A stretch of DNA of 27,653 nt from Desulfobacteraceae bacterium (GTDB lineage: Bacteria; Desulfobacterota; DSM-4660; Desulfatiglandales; HGW-15). A model generated the notes under the pieces. The model saw nothing but the letters and a program-made list of their open reading frames with translations. It was not told the origin of the DNA and ran no database searches. The position numbers were made by a program, and so were the translations under genes. This document shows, in pieces, positions 17,351 to 26,305 of the stretch. Location: positions 1 through 27,653 of the forward strand of contig JBFYXR010000501.1 in NCBI GenBank assembly GCA_041310455.1, read 5' to 3'. How positions within the stretch are numbered: position 1 is the first letter of the stretch; each line of letters begins with the position of its first letter.

Positions 17351-18775
17351 TTAAATGTCGTAATAAAGCATAAATTCATAGGGATGAGGTCTCAGATCCA
17401 TTGCCTCAACCTCATTCACCATCTTGTAGTCGATCCAGGTATCAATAACATCCTGTGTAAACACATCGCCCTTGAGCAGGAAGGCATGATCGTTCTTCAG
17501 GGCATTCAATGCTTCACGCAGTGACCCGGGTGTCTTGGATACCTTCATTGCCTCTTCCGGCGGAAGGTCATAGATATTTTTATCCAGAGGCTTGCCCGGA
17601 TCGATCTTGTTCTGGATGCCGTCAACCGCAGCCATCATGATGGCTGAGAAGGCAAGATAGGGATTGCACGACGGATCAGGGCAGCGGAACTCAATGCGTT
17701 TGGCCTTGGGAGAAGTGCTGTACATGGGAATACGCACGGCAGCGCTGCGGTTTCTCTGGGAATAGGCCAGGTTGACAGGGGCCTCATAGCCCGGTACCAG
17801 ACGCTTGTAACTGTTCGTTGTCGGGCTGGTCAGGGCAAGCAGCGCAGGTGCATGCTTCAGGATGCCTCCGATAGCGTACATCGCGGTCTGTGAAAGGCCT
17901 GCATAACCGTCTCCTGCAAACAGGTTACTACCACCCTTCCATAAAGAAAAATGGCAGTGCATGCCGCTTCCATTGTCTCCGAAAAGGGGCTTGGGCATAA
18001 AGGTCACGGTCTTGCCGGCCTTGCGGGCGGTATTCTTGACAATATACTTGAACTTAAGAAGGTTGTCGGCCATCTCGACTAGGGGCGAAAACTTGGTCCC
18101 TATTTCACACTGTCCCGCAGTGGCCACCTCATGGTGATGCACTTCCACTTCAATGCCGATTCCCTCAAGATTCAAGGCCATCAGGCTTCTCAGATCCATC
18201 AGTGTGTCGGAAGGAGGAACAGGGAAATACCCCTCCTTATGGCGGATCTTGTAGCCGAGGTTGGGATTCTCGACACGTCCTGAATTCCAGATACCTTCAT
18301 TGCTGTCTATATGATAATAGGACTCATGGGAGTTGGTGTCGCAGCGAATATCGTCAAAGACAAAAAATTCAGCCTCCGGGCCCAGATAGGCGATATCTGC
18401 AACACCGGTGCTCTTCAGATAGTTCTCTGCCTTCAGCGCGATATTGCGCGGATCCCTGGTATAGTCGGCCCCGGTAACCGGGTCACATATGTTGCATATC
18501 ATTACCAGCGTCTTGGTGTCCATGAATGGATCTATAAATGCCGTGGAAGGCACGGGTTTGATAAGCATATCCGACTCATTGATTGCTCGCCATCCCCTTA
18601 TGGAGGAACCGTCAAAACCCTTTCCCTTCTCGAAGGTGTCCTCGTCTACGACTGCTGCAGGAAAACTGGAATGCTGCCACAATCCGGGGAAATCCATAAA
18701 ACGCAGATCCACAATCTTCACGTTTTCCTTTTTAATAAGTTCAAGTACATCCTTTGGTGTATTTATTCCAGCCAT
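17351..18775 (-). CDS. glnA: Glutamine synthetase type I (GSI-beta, adenylylatable)
   Basis: [73 protein letters not shown] and the adenylylation loop [10 protein letters not shown]. Confidence 0.98.
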   Translation of the reverse strand: MAGINTPKDVLELIKKENVKIVDLRFMDFPGLWQHSSFPAAVVDEDTFEKGKGFDGSSIRGWRAINESDMLIKPVPSTAFIDPFMDTKTLVMICNICDPVTGADYTRDPRNIALKAENYLKSTGVADIAYLGPEAEFFVFDDIRCDTNSHESYYHIDSNEGIWNSGRVENPNLGYKIRHKEGYFPVPPSDTLMDLRSLMALNLEGIGIEVEVHHHEVATAGQCEIGTKFSPLVEMADNLLKFKYIVKNTARKAGKTVTFMPKPLFGDNGSGMHCHFSLWKGGSNLFAGDGYAGLSQTAMYAIGGILKHAPALLALTSPTTNSYKRLVPGYEAPVNLAYSQRNRSAAVRIPMYSTSPKAKRIEFRCPDPSCNPYLAFSAIMMAAVDGIQNKIDPGKPLDKNIYDLPPEEAMKVSKTPGSLREALNALKNDHAFLLKGDVFTQDVIDTWIDYKMVNEVEAMDLRPHPYEFMLYYDI

Positions 18776-18914
18776 AAAACTCTCTCCTTTATGCTATATA
18801 TTTTTACCAGATAATTCGGTACTCCTAAAATACTTAATTAATTTAGTCCCTGGATTATAACCTTATCCTGTAATTTATTCTTTTACTTTTTTTAGAAATC
18901 CTGATTCTCTTAAT

Positions 18915-18930
18915 AGCAACAGCCATGCCA
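18915..18930 (-). promoter_or_regulatory. sigma54 (-24/-12) promoter of glnA
   Basis: Minus strand TGGCATGGCTGTTGCT (GG-N10-GC). It shares the TTGCTATT ending with the glnB-region promoter. Confidence 0.85.
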
Positions 18931-19008
18931 ATGCATCAAATTTAAAAATTAGGCTTTACATTCAGCATGTTACACTCATCCCGCAGGAGAACTCAAAGAT
19001 AATTATAA

Positions 19009-19051
19009 TACATTATTGTAATTCTTTGGGTTGACATGCAACAATTTAGTA
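19009..19051 (-). promoter_or_regulatory. Candidate paired enhancer sites (WAC-N6-GTW) upstream of glnA
   Basis: Minus strand TACTAAATTGTT (19051-19040) and TACAATAATGTA (19020-19009) are 31 bp apart, with 78 nt to the -24 element. Confidence 0.5.
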
Positions 19052-19222
19052 GGGGCCAAACTGTTTGTTCCCATTCCTGATGGGCAGACGCTCCGGTCTA
19101 CAGCTTCAAAAATATGAACATACCCATAAAGATATAATTTCTTCAAGATCATTCCAACTTGAATAAAGAGGGTTCTAGTGATATAGGATGAACACATTTA
19201 ATCCGGCAGAACCGGGACAAAC

Positions 19223-19326
19223 TTTCTCCCCTTCTCAGGGTGAGGCTGGAGGAGGTCTTGAAACTTCTATGCGGAAAATAAATCCGATGAGACCCCACCT
19301 TAATCCTCCCCTGCTAAAAGGGGAGG
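19223..19326. repeat. REPIN/MITE-like composite element, copy A
   Basis: Two inverted arms (AGACCYC...CCTCCCCT-loop-AGGGGAG) separated by about 28 nt. The right arm GAGACCCCACCTTAATCCTCCCCT is identical in copies B and C. Confidence 0.85.
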
Positions 19327-19405
19327 TAATTTTGAAAGCATCCTGCCAAGATTTTCATCAAGCTAATGATTTTGCGACTAACGGTCTAAATAGAGGAGAT
19401 ATGTA

Positions 19406-19717
19406 ATGAGAATCCATCTTAATATAATCTTTCTTGCAATCCTGTTTTTCGCCTGCCTCGCCCCGCAAGCCTGTCAGACACCGGCGGGACGCTCAGCCGG
19501 GAATGTTGTGGACGACTCAGCCATTACAACAAAGGTGAAGGCAAAACTGCTTGCGGATAATATCCTGAGTATTTTTACGATCTCGGTAAAGACCTTTAAG
19601 GGAGAGGTTAGGCTGACCGGCGCCGTAAAGACATCCGAACAGAAGGAGCGCGCAACAACCATAACTCAGTCAGTTACCGGCGTTAACAGGATAAACAACC
19701 TGATAAGGCTCAAGTGA
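19406..19717 (+). CDS. BON-domain (OsmY-like) probable lipoprotein
   Basis: Signal peptide ending in ACQ, followed by DDSAITTKVKAKLLAD..., V.TFKGEVRLTG.V and A....SVTGVNRINN. RBS AGGAG lies 7 nt upstream. Confidence 0.88.
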   Translation: MRIHLNIIFLAILFFACLAPQACQTPAGRSAGNVVDDSAITTKVKAKLLADNILSIFTISVKTFKGEVRLTGAVKTSEQKERATTITQSVTGVNRINNLIRLK

Positions 19718-19730
19718 TTTATATTGTCTC

Positions 19731-21368
19731 CTATTTCTGACCCGGAAGAATCCCAGGGATCTGACCAAAAATCATAGTCCGGTTTCGTCCCTTTTCCTTG
19801 GCAAAGTATAATGCATGATCCGCATTTCTGATAAAATCGCTGATCTCATCACCATGCTGAGGTATAACTGTGCAGAGTCCCAGGCTGATTGTGACAAAGG
19901 GGTTTACGCTTGACCCTTTGTGGGCGATATTCCTGTCCATTATAGCCATGCGGATCTTCTCTGCAATAAAGAATGCACCTTTTTCATCGGTATCAGGCAG
20001 TATCACAGCAAACTCTTCCCCTCCATAACGTGCGCTGAGGTCATCCGGCCGGTGAATGCTTCTTGATATCTCTCCGGCCACCTCCACAAGACATTCGTCT
20101 CCCATCTGGTGGCCATACAGATCATTATATTTTTTAAAAAAATCCACATCGGCCAGGATAAGGCTCAAACAGCCTTTTTTACGGGACATCCGCTGCCATT
20201 CCTTTGTCATGAACTCATTGAACATACGGCGGTTAGCGATCCCCGTCAGACCGTCAATCTGTGAAAGCTCAGTCAGTTTCTTATTGGCTGCCTTCAGGTC
20301 GTCGGTGCGTTCCTTAATGGTCTGCATCATGATGTCAAAACTCTTTGCCAGGGTCCCTATCTCGTCCTTGCGATCAAGATTAAGCCGACCCGAAAAGTCC
20401 TCGTCATACTCAAATCCCAGGGCATGATTTGTCAAGTGCTGCAATGGCCGGACGAACTTGTAATGGAGCAAAACAATCAATGCGGCGGAAACAATCAATC
20501 CTGCGCCGATGAAAAAAAGCAACGCGTACCAGAGACTGGTAAGCCCCTGCTTTGTAATCTCTCTCGGGAACCGGTAGTAAATGGAGAAAACAGGTTTCCC
20601 GTAAACATCATCGTAGAAAGTACGTACATCCGTGAATTGATCCTGTGAAAGCGTATAAAAGGTAAGATCCTTTTCAACATATGTCGTCTGTTCATCCTTA
20701 ATAAGGTTGATTTTCTCAATAGTGAGAGGATAATCCAACTCAAAATCCAGCCGGGTCTGATCTTTAAGGGATTCTATCATTTCGCGGTTAATGAACCGGC
20801 CCATCGTAATCATGCCCCTGGACGGACCTGAACCGTCGGAACGCAGGATAGGACGGGTTACAAACATCATAGGGCCTTTAGGTGTATCTATCACGCCTGA
20901 CTTTAGTCTGTTTTTTTCCACTTCAGAAGTGGAATCCAGAGAGATCATCGGATGTGACGGGTCCAGTTTTTTATTACTCAGAAAATCAATAGTTACGGCC
21001 GCTTCTTTTTCTAAATCATAGGCATGTCCCCATATAACAGTTCCATCATTTTTAAAATAGAAGATCAAATTAACGTTATTACTTTTAAATGTCTCAGACA
21101 GCAGATTGCCTTCAATATAGTCTTCAGAAAGACTGTCAATGAAATCATAGCTGTCACTCCATTGCGCCCAGTCGTGGCAAATTTTATCCAGGTGATAGAT
21201 TTCACGGTTAATCGACTTCATCACCCTGCGGATATTCTCAGCGGTCTCGTTATGTTCGATTTTAATAAAGCTGGGAAATATAATTGAACGTTGTACGAGA
21301 TAAAACAGAAAAGACATCAATATTAAAAATACAACAACATAGATGAATGCCTTAACTCTTATTGACAT
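19731..21368 (-). CDS. Membrane diguanylate cyclase (CHASE4-HAMP-GGDEF)
   Basis: Two TM segments, CHASE4 motif DWAQWSDSYDF, HAMP RKDEIGTLAKSFDIM, DGLTGIANRR, DVDFFKKYND.YGH..GD, I-site RPDD and active site GGEEF. Confidence 0.92.
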   Translation of the reverse strand: MSIRVKAFIYVVVFLILMSFLFYLVQRSIIFPSFIKIEHNETAENIRRVMKSINREIYHLDKICHDWAQWSDSYDFIDSLSEDYIEGNLLSETFKSNNVNLIFYFKNDGTVIWGHAYDLEKEAAVTIDFLSNKKLDPSHPMISLDSTSEVEKNRLKSGVIDTPKGPMMFVTRPILRSDGSGPSRGMITMGRFINREMIESLKDQTRLDFELDYPLTIEKINLIKDEQTTYVEKDLTFYTLSQDQFTDVRTFYDDVYGKPVFSIYYRFPREITKQGLTSLWYALLFFIGAGLIVSAALIVLLHYKFVRPLQHLTNHALGFEYDEDFSGRLNLDRKDEIGTLAKSFDIMMQTIKERTDDLKAANKKLTELSQIDGLTGIANRRMFNEFMTKEWQRMSRKKGCLSLILADVDFFKKYNDLYGHQMGDECLVEVAGEISRSIHRPDDLSARYGGEEFAVILPDTDEKGAFFIAEKIRMAIMDRNIAHKGSSVNPFVTISLGLCTVIPQHGDEISDFIRNADHALYFAKEKGRNRTMIFGQIPGILPGQK

Positions 21369-21465
21369 TATTTAAAGTCCTTTAAAAACAACAAATTTTA
21401 TTAATAGCGCCTGGATAATTTAATTCAAAGACACTATCGGACTTTCAGGCCTTTTTCTTAATTGA

Positions 21466-23238
21466 TTATGAAGGGAATAGATCAAGTTTCTCTCCATCCT
21501 TAATATTTATCAACCCTTCCTCACAGATCCTTATATAAGGGATCGCCGCACCCGTAAGTGTAGCCAGGGTCAGCAGGGGGTCATCAAAGGGAAAGCCCAG
21601 CCCTTTTATAATACCTGTCATCTCTTTGAATTTATCGGAAAGATCCTCAAGCGGAATATCTGTCATAAGGCCGAATATCGGCAGAGGGATTTCTGAGAGT
21701 ATATTCCCGTCAACGCATACTACTGCACCCCCCCTAATTGAGTGCACTCTGTTGACTGCATATGCCATGTCTTCTTCATTTGTCCCTACGGCTATTATGT
21801 CGGAAGAATCCCAGGCGGAGCTGCTTGCAATTGCCCCTCGCTTGATGTTAAATCCCCTGAAAAGCCCCGTGAATATCCTACCACGGGCATTTGCCCTGTC
21901 GATAGCAGCAATCTTCAGTATGTCCCTGTTAATATCAACATTAATTATTCCATCGATAACCGGAAGGGAGGTTATATATTCTTTCGTAACTAGGTCAGTC
22001 ACAAGATCGATTATCCTCGCGTTAACCTGGCCGCTTGTTTTTTTGGCTCTTATTAAAAAATCAGCTGCCCTGACCTTCCCGGGGATAGAAATGCTGTTAA
22101 GAGTTGAATGGGAGAAGGCGTATCTCCCGGGCATAACAATCAGCTCTCCACCCCTCGCAATCACCTTCCCCCTGCTGATGACATACTCTGCCCTGATCTC
22201 CCTAAGGTTCGGGATAATCAGCATGTCTCCATGCCTCCCTGGAGCGAGGCCGCCCGTAATCCTGTCCAGGCCGAAATACTGTGCCGGATTAAGCGTTGCC
22301 ATCTGAACCGCATTAACAGGGTTAAAGCCAAGATCAATAGCCCTCTGCAGCACATTTTCCATGTATCCCCTCTCCAGCAGCTCAGGGGGATTTACGCCGT
22401 CTGTAACGAGGATCAACCTCCGCGTGTCAATGCCCTTATCCTTTATTGCGGATGTGGCGGCAAGATCCTTTCTTATGCTTCCCTCCCTTATCATCACATG
22501 AAGGCCCAGCCTCAGCCTATCCACTGTCTCCTCAAGACTGATGGGCTCATGGCATGATGTAACCCCTGTGGCGACATAGGCCATGAGCTTTTTGCCCCTG
22601 GCGCCTGCCGAGTGGCCTTCCAGGCTTTTTCCTGCCTTCATTGCCTCCGTAAAGTTTGGCAGAAACTCATCCAGTCTCTGCATTACTCCCTGCCAGTAGG
22701 CCTCTCCAAGTCCGAGGACATCGGCCCTTGAAAGGAGATTCTTAATGATTTCTCGTTCAGGGATTTTTACGTTCCCGCTTATGGATACCATGGCAGGGGC
22801 TGTGGCGAAAATCTTTATGGGCTGATCCTTGAGGGCCTCCAGAAAATCGGCTACCCCCTCATAACCTGCTATGGGAAACGGCTCCATAGTTTCGGTTATG
22901 ACAGTTGTTGTTCCGCCGGCCATTGCGCGTTTCAGAAATTCATAGGGGCTGTATTTGCAGTCCGCGAGGTGTGTATGACCGTCTATAAGTCCTGGTATCA
23001 CTGTCCTGCCCGCTGCATTGATTACTACAGTGTCCGGCCCGATGATTTCTCCCGGCGCATCGCCCACATAGGCGATCAGCTCGCCTTTCATGGCTATGGA
23101 ATGGTTATGAAGGAGTTCTCCTGTGTAGACATTAAAGACGCAGGCATCAACAACTGCCAGGTCTGCCTTGTCTTTGCCCGTAAGGACATTGATCAGGGAT
23201 TTTCTATCATCTATATTCATTAGTTTAGTGAATCCCAA
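21466..23238 (-). CDS. ade: Adenine deaminase-family amidohydrolase (start may be the ATG at 23220)
   Basis: PGLIDGHTH, GTTT, GLGE, GH, CHE, REGS, TDG, MATLNPAQY, G.LAPG..GD and the Ade C-terminal domain. Confidence 0.8.
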   Translation of the reverse strand: MGFTKLMNIDDRKSLINVLTGKDKADLAVVDACVFNVYTGELLHNHSIAMKGELIAYVGDAPGEIIGPDTVVINAAGRTVIPGLIDGHTHLADCKYSPYEFLKRAMAGGTTTVITETMEPFPIAGYEGVADFLEALKDQPIKIFATAPAMVSISGNVKIPEREIIKNLLSRADVLGLGEAYWQGVMQRLDEFLPNFTEAMKAGKSLEGHSAGARGKKLMAYVATGVTSCHEPISLEETVDRLRLGLHVMIREGSIRKDLAATSAIKDKGIDTRRLILVTDGVNPPELLERGYMENVLQRAIDLGFNPVNAVQMATLNPAQYFGLDRITGGLAPGRHGDMLIIPNLREIRAEYVISRGKVIARGGELIVMPGRYAFSHSTLNSISIPGKVRAADFLIRAKKTSGQVNARIIDLVTDLVTKEYITSLPVIDGIINVDINRDILKIAAIDRANARGRIFTGLFRGFNIKRGAIASSSAWDSSDIIAVGTNEEDMAYAVNRVHSIRGGAVVCVDGNILSEIPLPIFGLMTDIPLEDLSDKFKEMTGIIKGLGFPFDDPLLTLATLTGAAIPYIRICEEGLINIKDGEKLDLFPS

Positions 23239-23242
23239 AGAT

Positions 23243-23344
23243 TTTCTCCCCCTCTTAGGGGGAGGGAGGAGGGGGTCTTAGAAACCGGTCAAAGCACATG
23301 ATTCTTGATGAGACCCCACCTTAATCCTCCCCTGAGAGGGGAGG
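23243..23344. repeat. REPIN/MITE-like composite element, copy B
   Basis: Same two-arm structure as copy A with a spacer of about 29 nt. It abuts the ade start. Confidence 0.85.
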
Positions 23345-23446
23345 ATGGCCGTTTTGAAATACAACATGTTCTTTTTTTATTAACAGAGTCGAGTTGGAAA
23401 TAATTCTTTAAATGAAAGCCCGTGCCTTCCGGCGATAAAATGAAGT

Positions 23447-24676
23447 TTATATATTTCCACTTTGCCGGCGGAGGAACGATGGCATCAGTTCATGGCCCTT
23501 TTCAAAAAACAGGCCGCTCTCCCTTGCCGCCCTTTCAGTAAACGGGGGTTTTCCGGTTGACGTTTCCAGTCCCTTTTTCCCAGCCCATGCAAATGGGGTG
23601 GGATCGGCTATGTGTGTCTTTTTAACTATCGGCGTGAAATGATCGCTTATTACCATGATCCTGTAATCTTCGTGCTTCTTCAATCCTTCAAGCACCACCC
23701 CAACCACATCCCTGTCAAAGGACTCTATGGCCTGAATCTTTTCTTTGTAATTGCCGTTGTGGCTTGCCTCGTCAGGGGCCTCCACATGCACCAGTATGAA
23801 ATCAAGCTCATCAAGGCCCTTAAGCGCACCTTCAGCCTTTCCGCGATAATTGGTGTTCAGATACCCCGTCGCACCTTCCACATGGATAGGCCGGAAGCCG
23901 AGATAAACCCCGATGCCCTTGATAAGATCTACGGCAGAGATAACGCCGCCGCTGAGCCCGAACCTCTCCATAAAAGTCTGAATCCGGGGCGCCTTGCCCT
24001 GACCCCACAGCCAGATGGAATTCGCCTCTTTCTTCCCGGCCTTTTTCCTCGCCATATTAACGGGATGGTCCTTAAGGACAGGCCATGACCCGCGGATAAG
24101 CAATGTGACCGGATCATTTGATGCTTCATCAAGGTAAGAGGACATGTCCTGGTCCAGGACGTTGTGGGGAGGTATTGTTGCTGCCTTTTCCGGTCCATCC
24201 TCCCATACAAGGAGATGGCGATAGGCAACTCCCGGATACATCGTTATTCCGGTGTTTCCCATCTTCTGTTTCAGTGTCTCAACAATCAGGCCGGCCTCAT
24301 CTGTTGTAATATCACCGGAGCTGTGGCTGACCATGATAATCTTTCCATCAGGTTTCCTGTCCAGGTTCACCAGGTTCATCCTGAAGGCGACCTGGCTTTT
24401 AGTAAGCGACACCCCCATGCTTGCGGCCTCAAGGGGCGACCTGCCGCATTGATACAACACAGGATCATAGCCAAGGAGACAAAGGTTGGCCACATCGCTT
24501 CCCGGTTCCATGCCTGCCGGGACCGTCCCGGCCAGACCTATACCGCATGAGGCTATCCTGTCCATATTGGGCGTGTTCGCCGCCTCAAGCGGGGTCCTGT
24601 CTCCAAGTTCCTTCAGGGGATAGTCGGCCATGCCGTCTCCCACAAGGACGATGTATTTTGTCTTGTTAGTGCTCAT
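23447..24676 (-). CDS. apgM: Cofactor-independent phosphoglycerate mutase, ApgM type (proposed homoserine kinase family)
   Basis: GDGMAD, TPLEAA.TPNMD, GSDVANL, YPGVAYRHL, AVDLIKGIG, HVEAPDEASH.G, SDH.TP..H. Downstream of hom. Confidence 0.88.
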   Translation of the reverse strand: MSTNKTKYIVLVGDGMADYPLKELGDRTPLEAANTPNMDRIASCGIGLAGTVPAGMEPGSDVANLCLLGYDPVLYQCGRSPLEAASMGVSLTKSQVAFRMNLVNLDRKPDGKIIMVSHSSGDITTDEAGLIVETLKQKMGNTGITMYPGVAYRHLLVWEDGPEKAATIPPHNVLDQDMSSYLDEASNDPVTLLIRGSWPVLKDHPVNMARKKAGKKEANSIWLWGQGKAPRIQTFMERFGLSGGVISAVDLIKGIGVYLGFRPIHVEGATGYLNTNYRGKAEGALKGLDELDFILVHVEAPDEASHNGNYKEKIQAIESFDRDVVGVVLEGLKKHEDYRIMVISDHFTPIVKKTHIADPTPFAWAGKKGLETSTGKPPFTERAARESGLFFEKGHELMPSFLRRQSGNI

Positions 24677-24732
24677 ATCGTAATATTACATCCTGACCGG
24701 TTTCAAATCCGGCTTTTTAAAATTAATAGTGA

Positions 24733-24789
24733 GGCGCAAGGCCCAGGGCTCAAGGGAAAGATTTCAAATCTCAAATTTGAAATTTCAAA
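24733..24789. repeat. Two adjacent heptamer arrays (GGCNCAR x3; TTTCAAA-like x4) between hom and apgM
   Basis: GGCGCAA GGCCCAG GGCTCAA, then TTTCAAA TCTCAAA TTTGAAA TTTCAAA. Confidence 0.6.
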
Positions 24790-24802
24790 TTTTTTATTAA
24801 TA

Positions 24803-26104
24803 CTAACCCTGTTCCACCCTTATCATCACTGTCCTGTCCATGAGGATATCGAGACCCGCCAGTTCATTCAATGCCTTGGTCACATTTTTTTCCTTTGCCT
24901 CATGTGTGAGCATAACCACAGGCACAAAACCCTTCTCACCCCTGCCCTTCTGGATCACCGATGATATGCTGATGTCGTTATCGCCAAGCACACCTGATAT
25001 TTTTGAAAGAACACCAGGTTTGTCAACGGCAGAAAAACGGAAATAATAAGGTGTAACCAGATCCTCTATACCCTTCATGCTTATATTGTTCCTTGCCCTT
25101 GCATGTGCGAGGGGAGGCATAAGGATTACAGCCCCGCTGTTCATCTGTCTTGCCATAGAGATGATATCCGAGGCCACTGCGCTGCCGGTCGGCCGCCTTC
25201 CTGCGCCAAGGCCATAGTACAGGCTGGGCCCGGAAAAATCGCCTTCAACATAAATCGCGTTGTATGCCTCGTTTACATTGGCCATTATATGATTTTTGGG
25301 AACCATTGCCGGGTGCACCCTTGCCTCTATCTTTCCTTCCCTGTTCCTTGCGATTGCAAGCAGCTTGAGATTATACCCGAAGTCGCGCGCAAAGCTGATA
25401 TCATCCGGGGTCAGGCAGTCAATGCCTTCCCTGTAAATGCTCTTAAAGGGCACAGGTATGCCGAAGGCTACCGAGATAAGGATCGCCAGCTTGTGGGCGG
25501 CGTCCGTTCCGTCAACATCAAGGGTCGGAGGATCTTCGGCATAGCCCAGCCTCACTGCGCCCGCAACTGCCTGATCATAGGGGAGGCCGTCCTGCGTCAT
25601 GCGGGTAAGGATATAGTTCGATGTCCCGTTGACAATGCCCATAATCGTCTTGATATTGTTTGCTGAAAGGCCTTCCCTGATGGAGCGTATCACCGGTATG
25701 GCCCCGCCCACGCTTGCCTCAAAGCCTATGTTGACCCCGTTTTCCTCCGCGGCCCTGTATATCTCGCTGCCGTACTCAGCCAGAAGGGCCTTGTTGGCCG
25801 TAACGACATGCTTGCCTTTCTTGAGCGCCGCCAGGATGAATTCCTTCGCCTTTTTAAGACCGCCGATCAATTCAACAACAATGTGGATCTCCGGGTCATT
25901 GATAACAGCCTCGGCATCTCTGGTGAGGATGCCGGGAAGCAGAGATATGCCCCTGTCCGAATCAATATCGAGATCCGCGATCCTTTTTATGACAATCTCC
26001 GAGCCGACCCTGTTGTATATGGTCTCCCTGTTGTTCAGCAATGCCTCTACTGTCCCAGCGCCTACTGTCCCGAAGCCGATAATGCCGACATTTACCTGTT
26101 GCAT
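24803..26104 (-). CDS. hom: Homoserine dehydrogenase with C-terminal ACT domain
   Basis: GIIGFGTVG, VELIGG, HVVTANKALLA, FEASVGGAIP, NGTSNYILT, GYAE.PP..DVDG.DAAHKL, GAGRRPT.SAV and ACT motif DKPGVL..I. Confidence 0.96.
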   Translation of the reverse strand: MQQVNVGIIGFGTVGAGTVEALLNNRETIYNRVGSEIVIKRIADLDIDSDRGISLLPGILTRDAEAVINDPEIHIVVELIGGLKKAKEFILAALKKGKHVVTANKALLAEYGSEIYRAAEENGVNIGFEASVGGAIPVIRSIREGLSANNIKTIMGIVNGTSNYILTRMTQDGLPYDQAVAGAVRLGYAEDPPTLDVDGTDAAHKLAILISVAFGIPVPFKSIYREGIDCLTPDDISFARDFGYNLKLLAIARNREGKIEARVHPAMVPKNHIMANVNEAYNAIYVEGDFSGPSLYYGLGAGRRPTGSAVASDIISMARQMNSGAVILMPPLAHARARNNISMKGIEDLVTPYYFRFSAVDKPGVLSKISGVLGDNDISISSVIQKGRGEKGFVPVVMLTHEAKEKNVTKALNELAGLDILMDRTVMIRVEQG

Positions 26105-26185
26105 AGAGTCCCTCGTTAATAGCTATTGTTTATTATCCAAGTTATAAATTGATGAACATTTCAGCTGGATATTTTTTAATAATCT

Positions 26186-26289
26186 CCTCACCTTTTAGGG
26201 GAGGATTAAGGTGGGGTCTCTTATGGTTTAATGTTTTTTATCGATACGCCAAGACCCCCTCCTGACCTCCCCCTAAAAGGGGGAGGAAA
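26186..26289. repeat. REPIN/MITE-like composite element, copy C (inverted relative to A and B)
   Basis: Reverse complement of GAGACCCCACCTTAATCCTCCCCTAAAAGGTGAGG, a 30-nt spacer, then AAGACCCCCTCCTGACCTCCCCCTAAAAGGGGGAGG. Confidence 0.85.
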
Positions 26290-26305
26290 TTTGGACGCAT
26301 CAATC

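Noticed and set aside
19188-19406. 72-aa ORF overlapping the BON start (TAATG)
   Set aside because: It runs through repeat copy A, has no clear RBS or homology, and the BON gene has its own RBS.
21626-22306. 226-aa + strand ORF inside the deaminase gene
   Set aside because: Antisense shadow ORF.
19223-26289. Repeat-spacer-repeat units as a possible CRISPR remnant
   Set aside because: The arms are inverted and dispersed over kilobases rather than in a direct array, and no cas genes are present.
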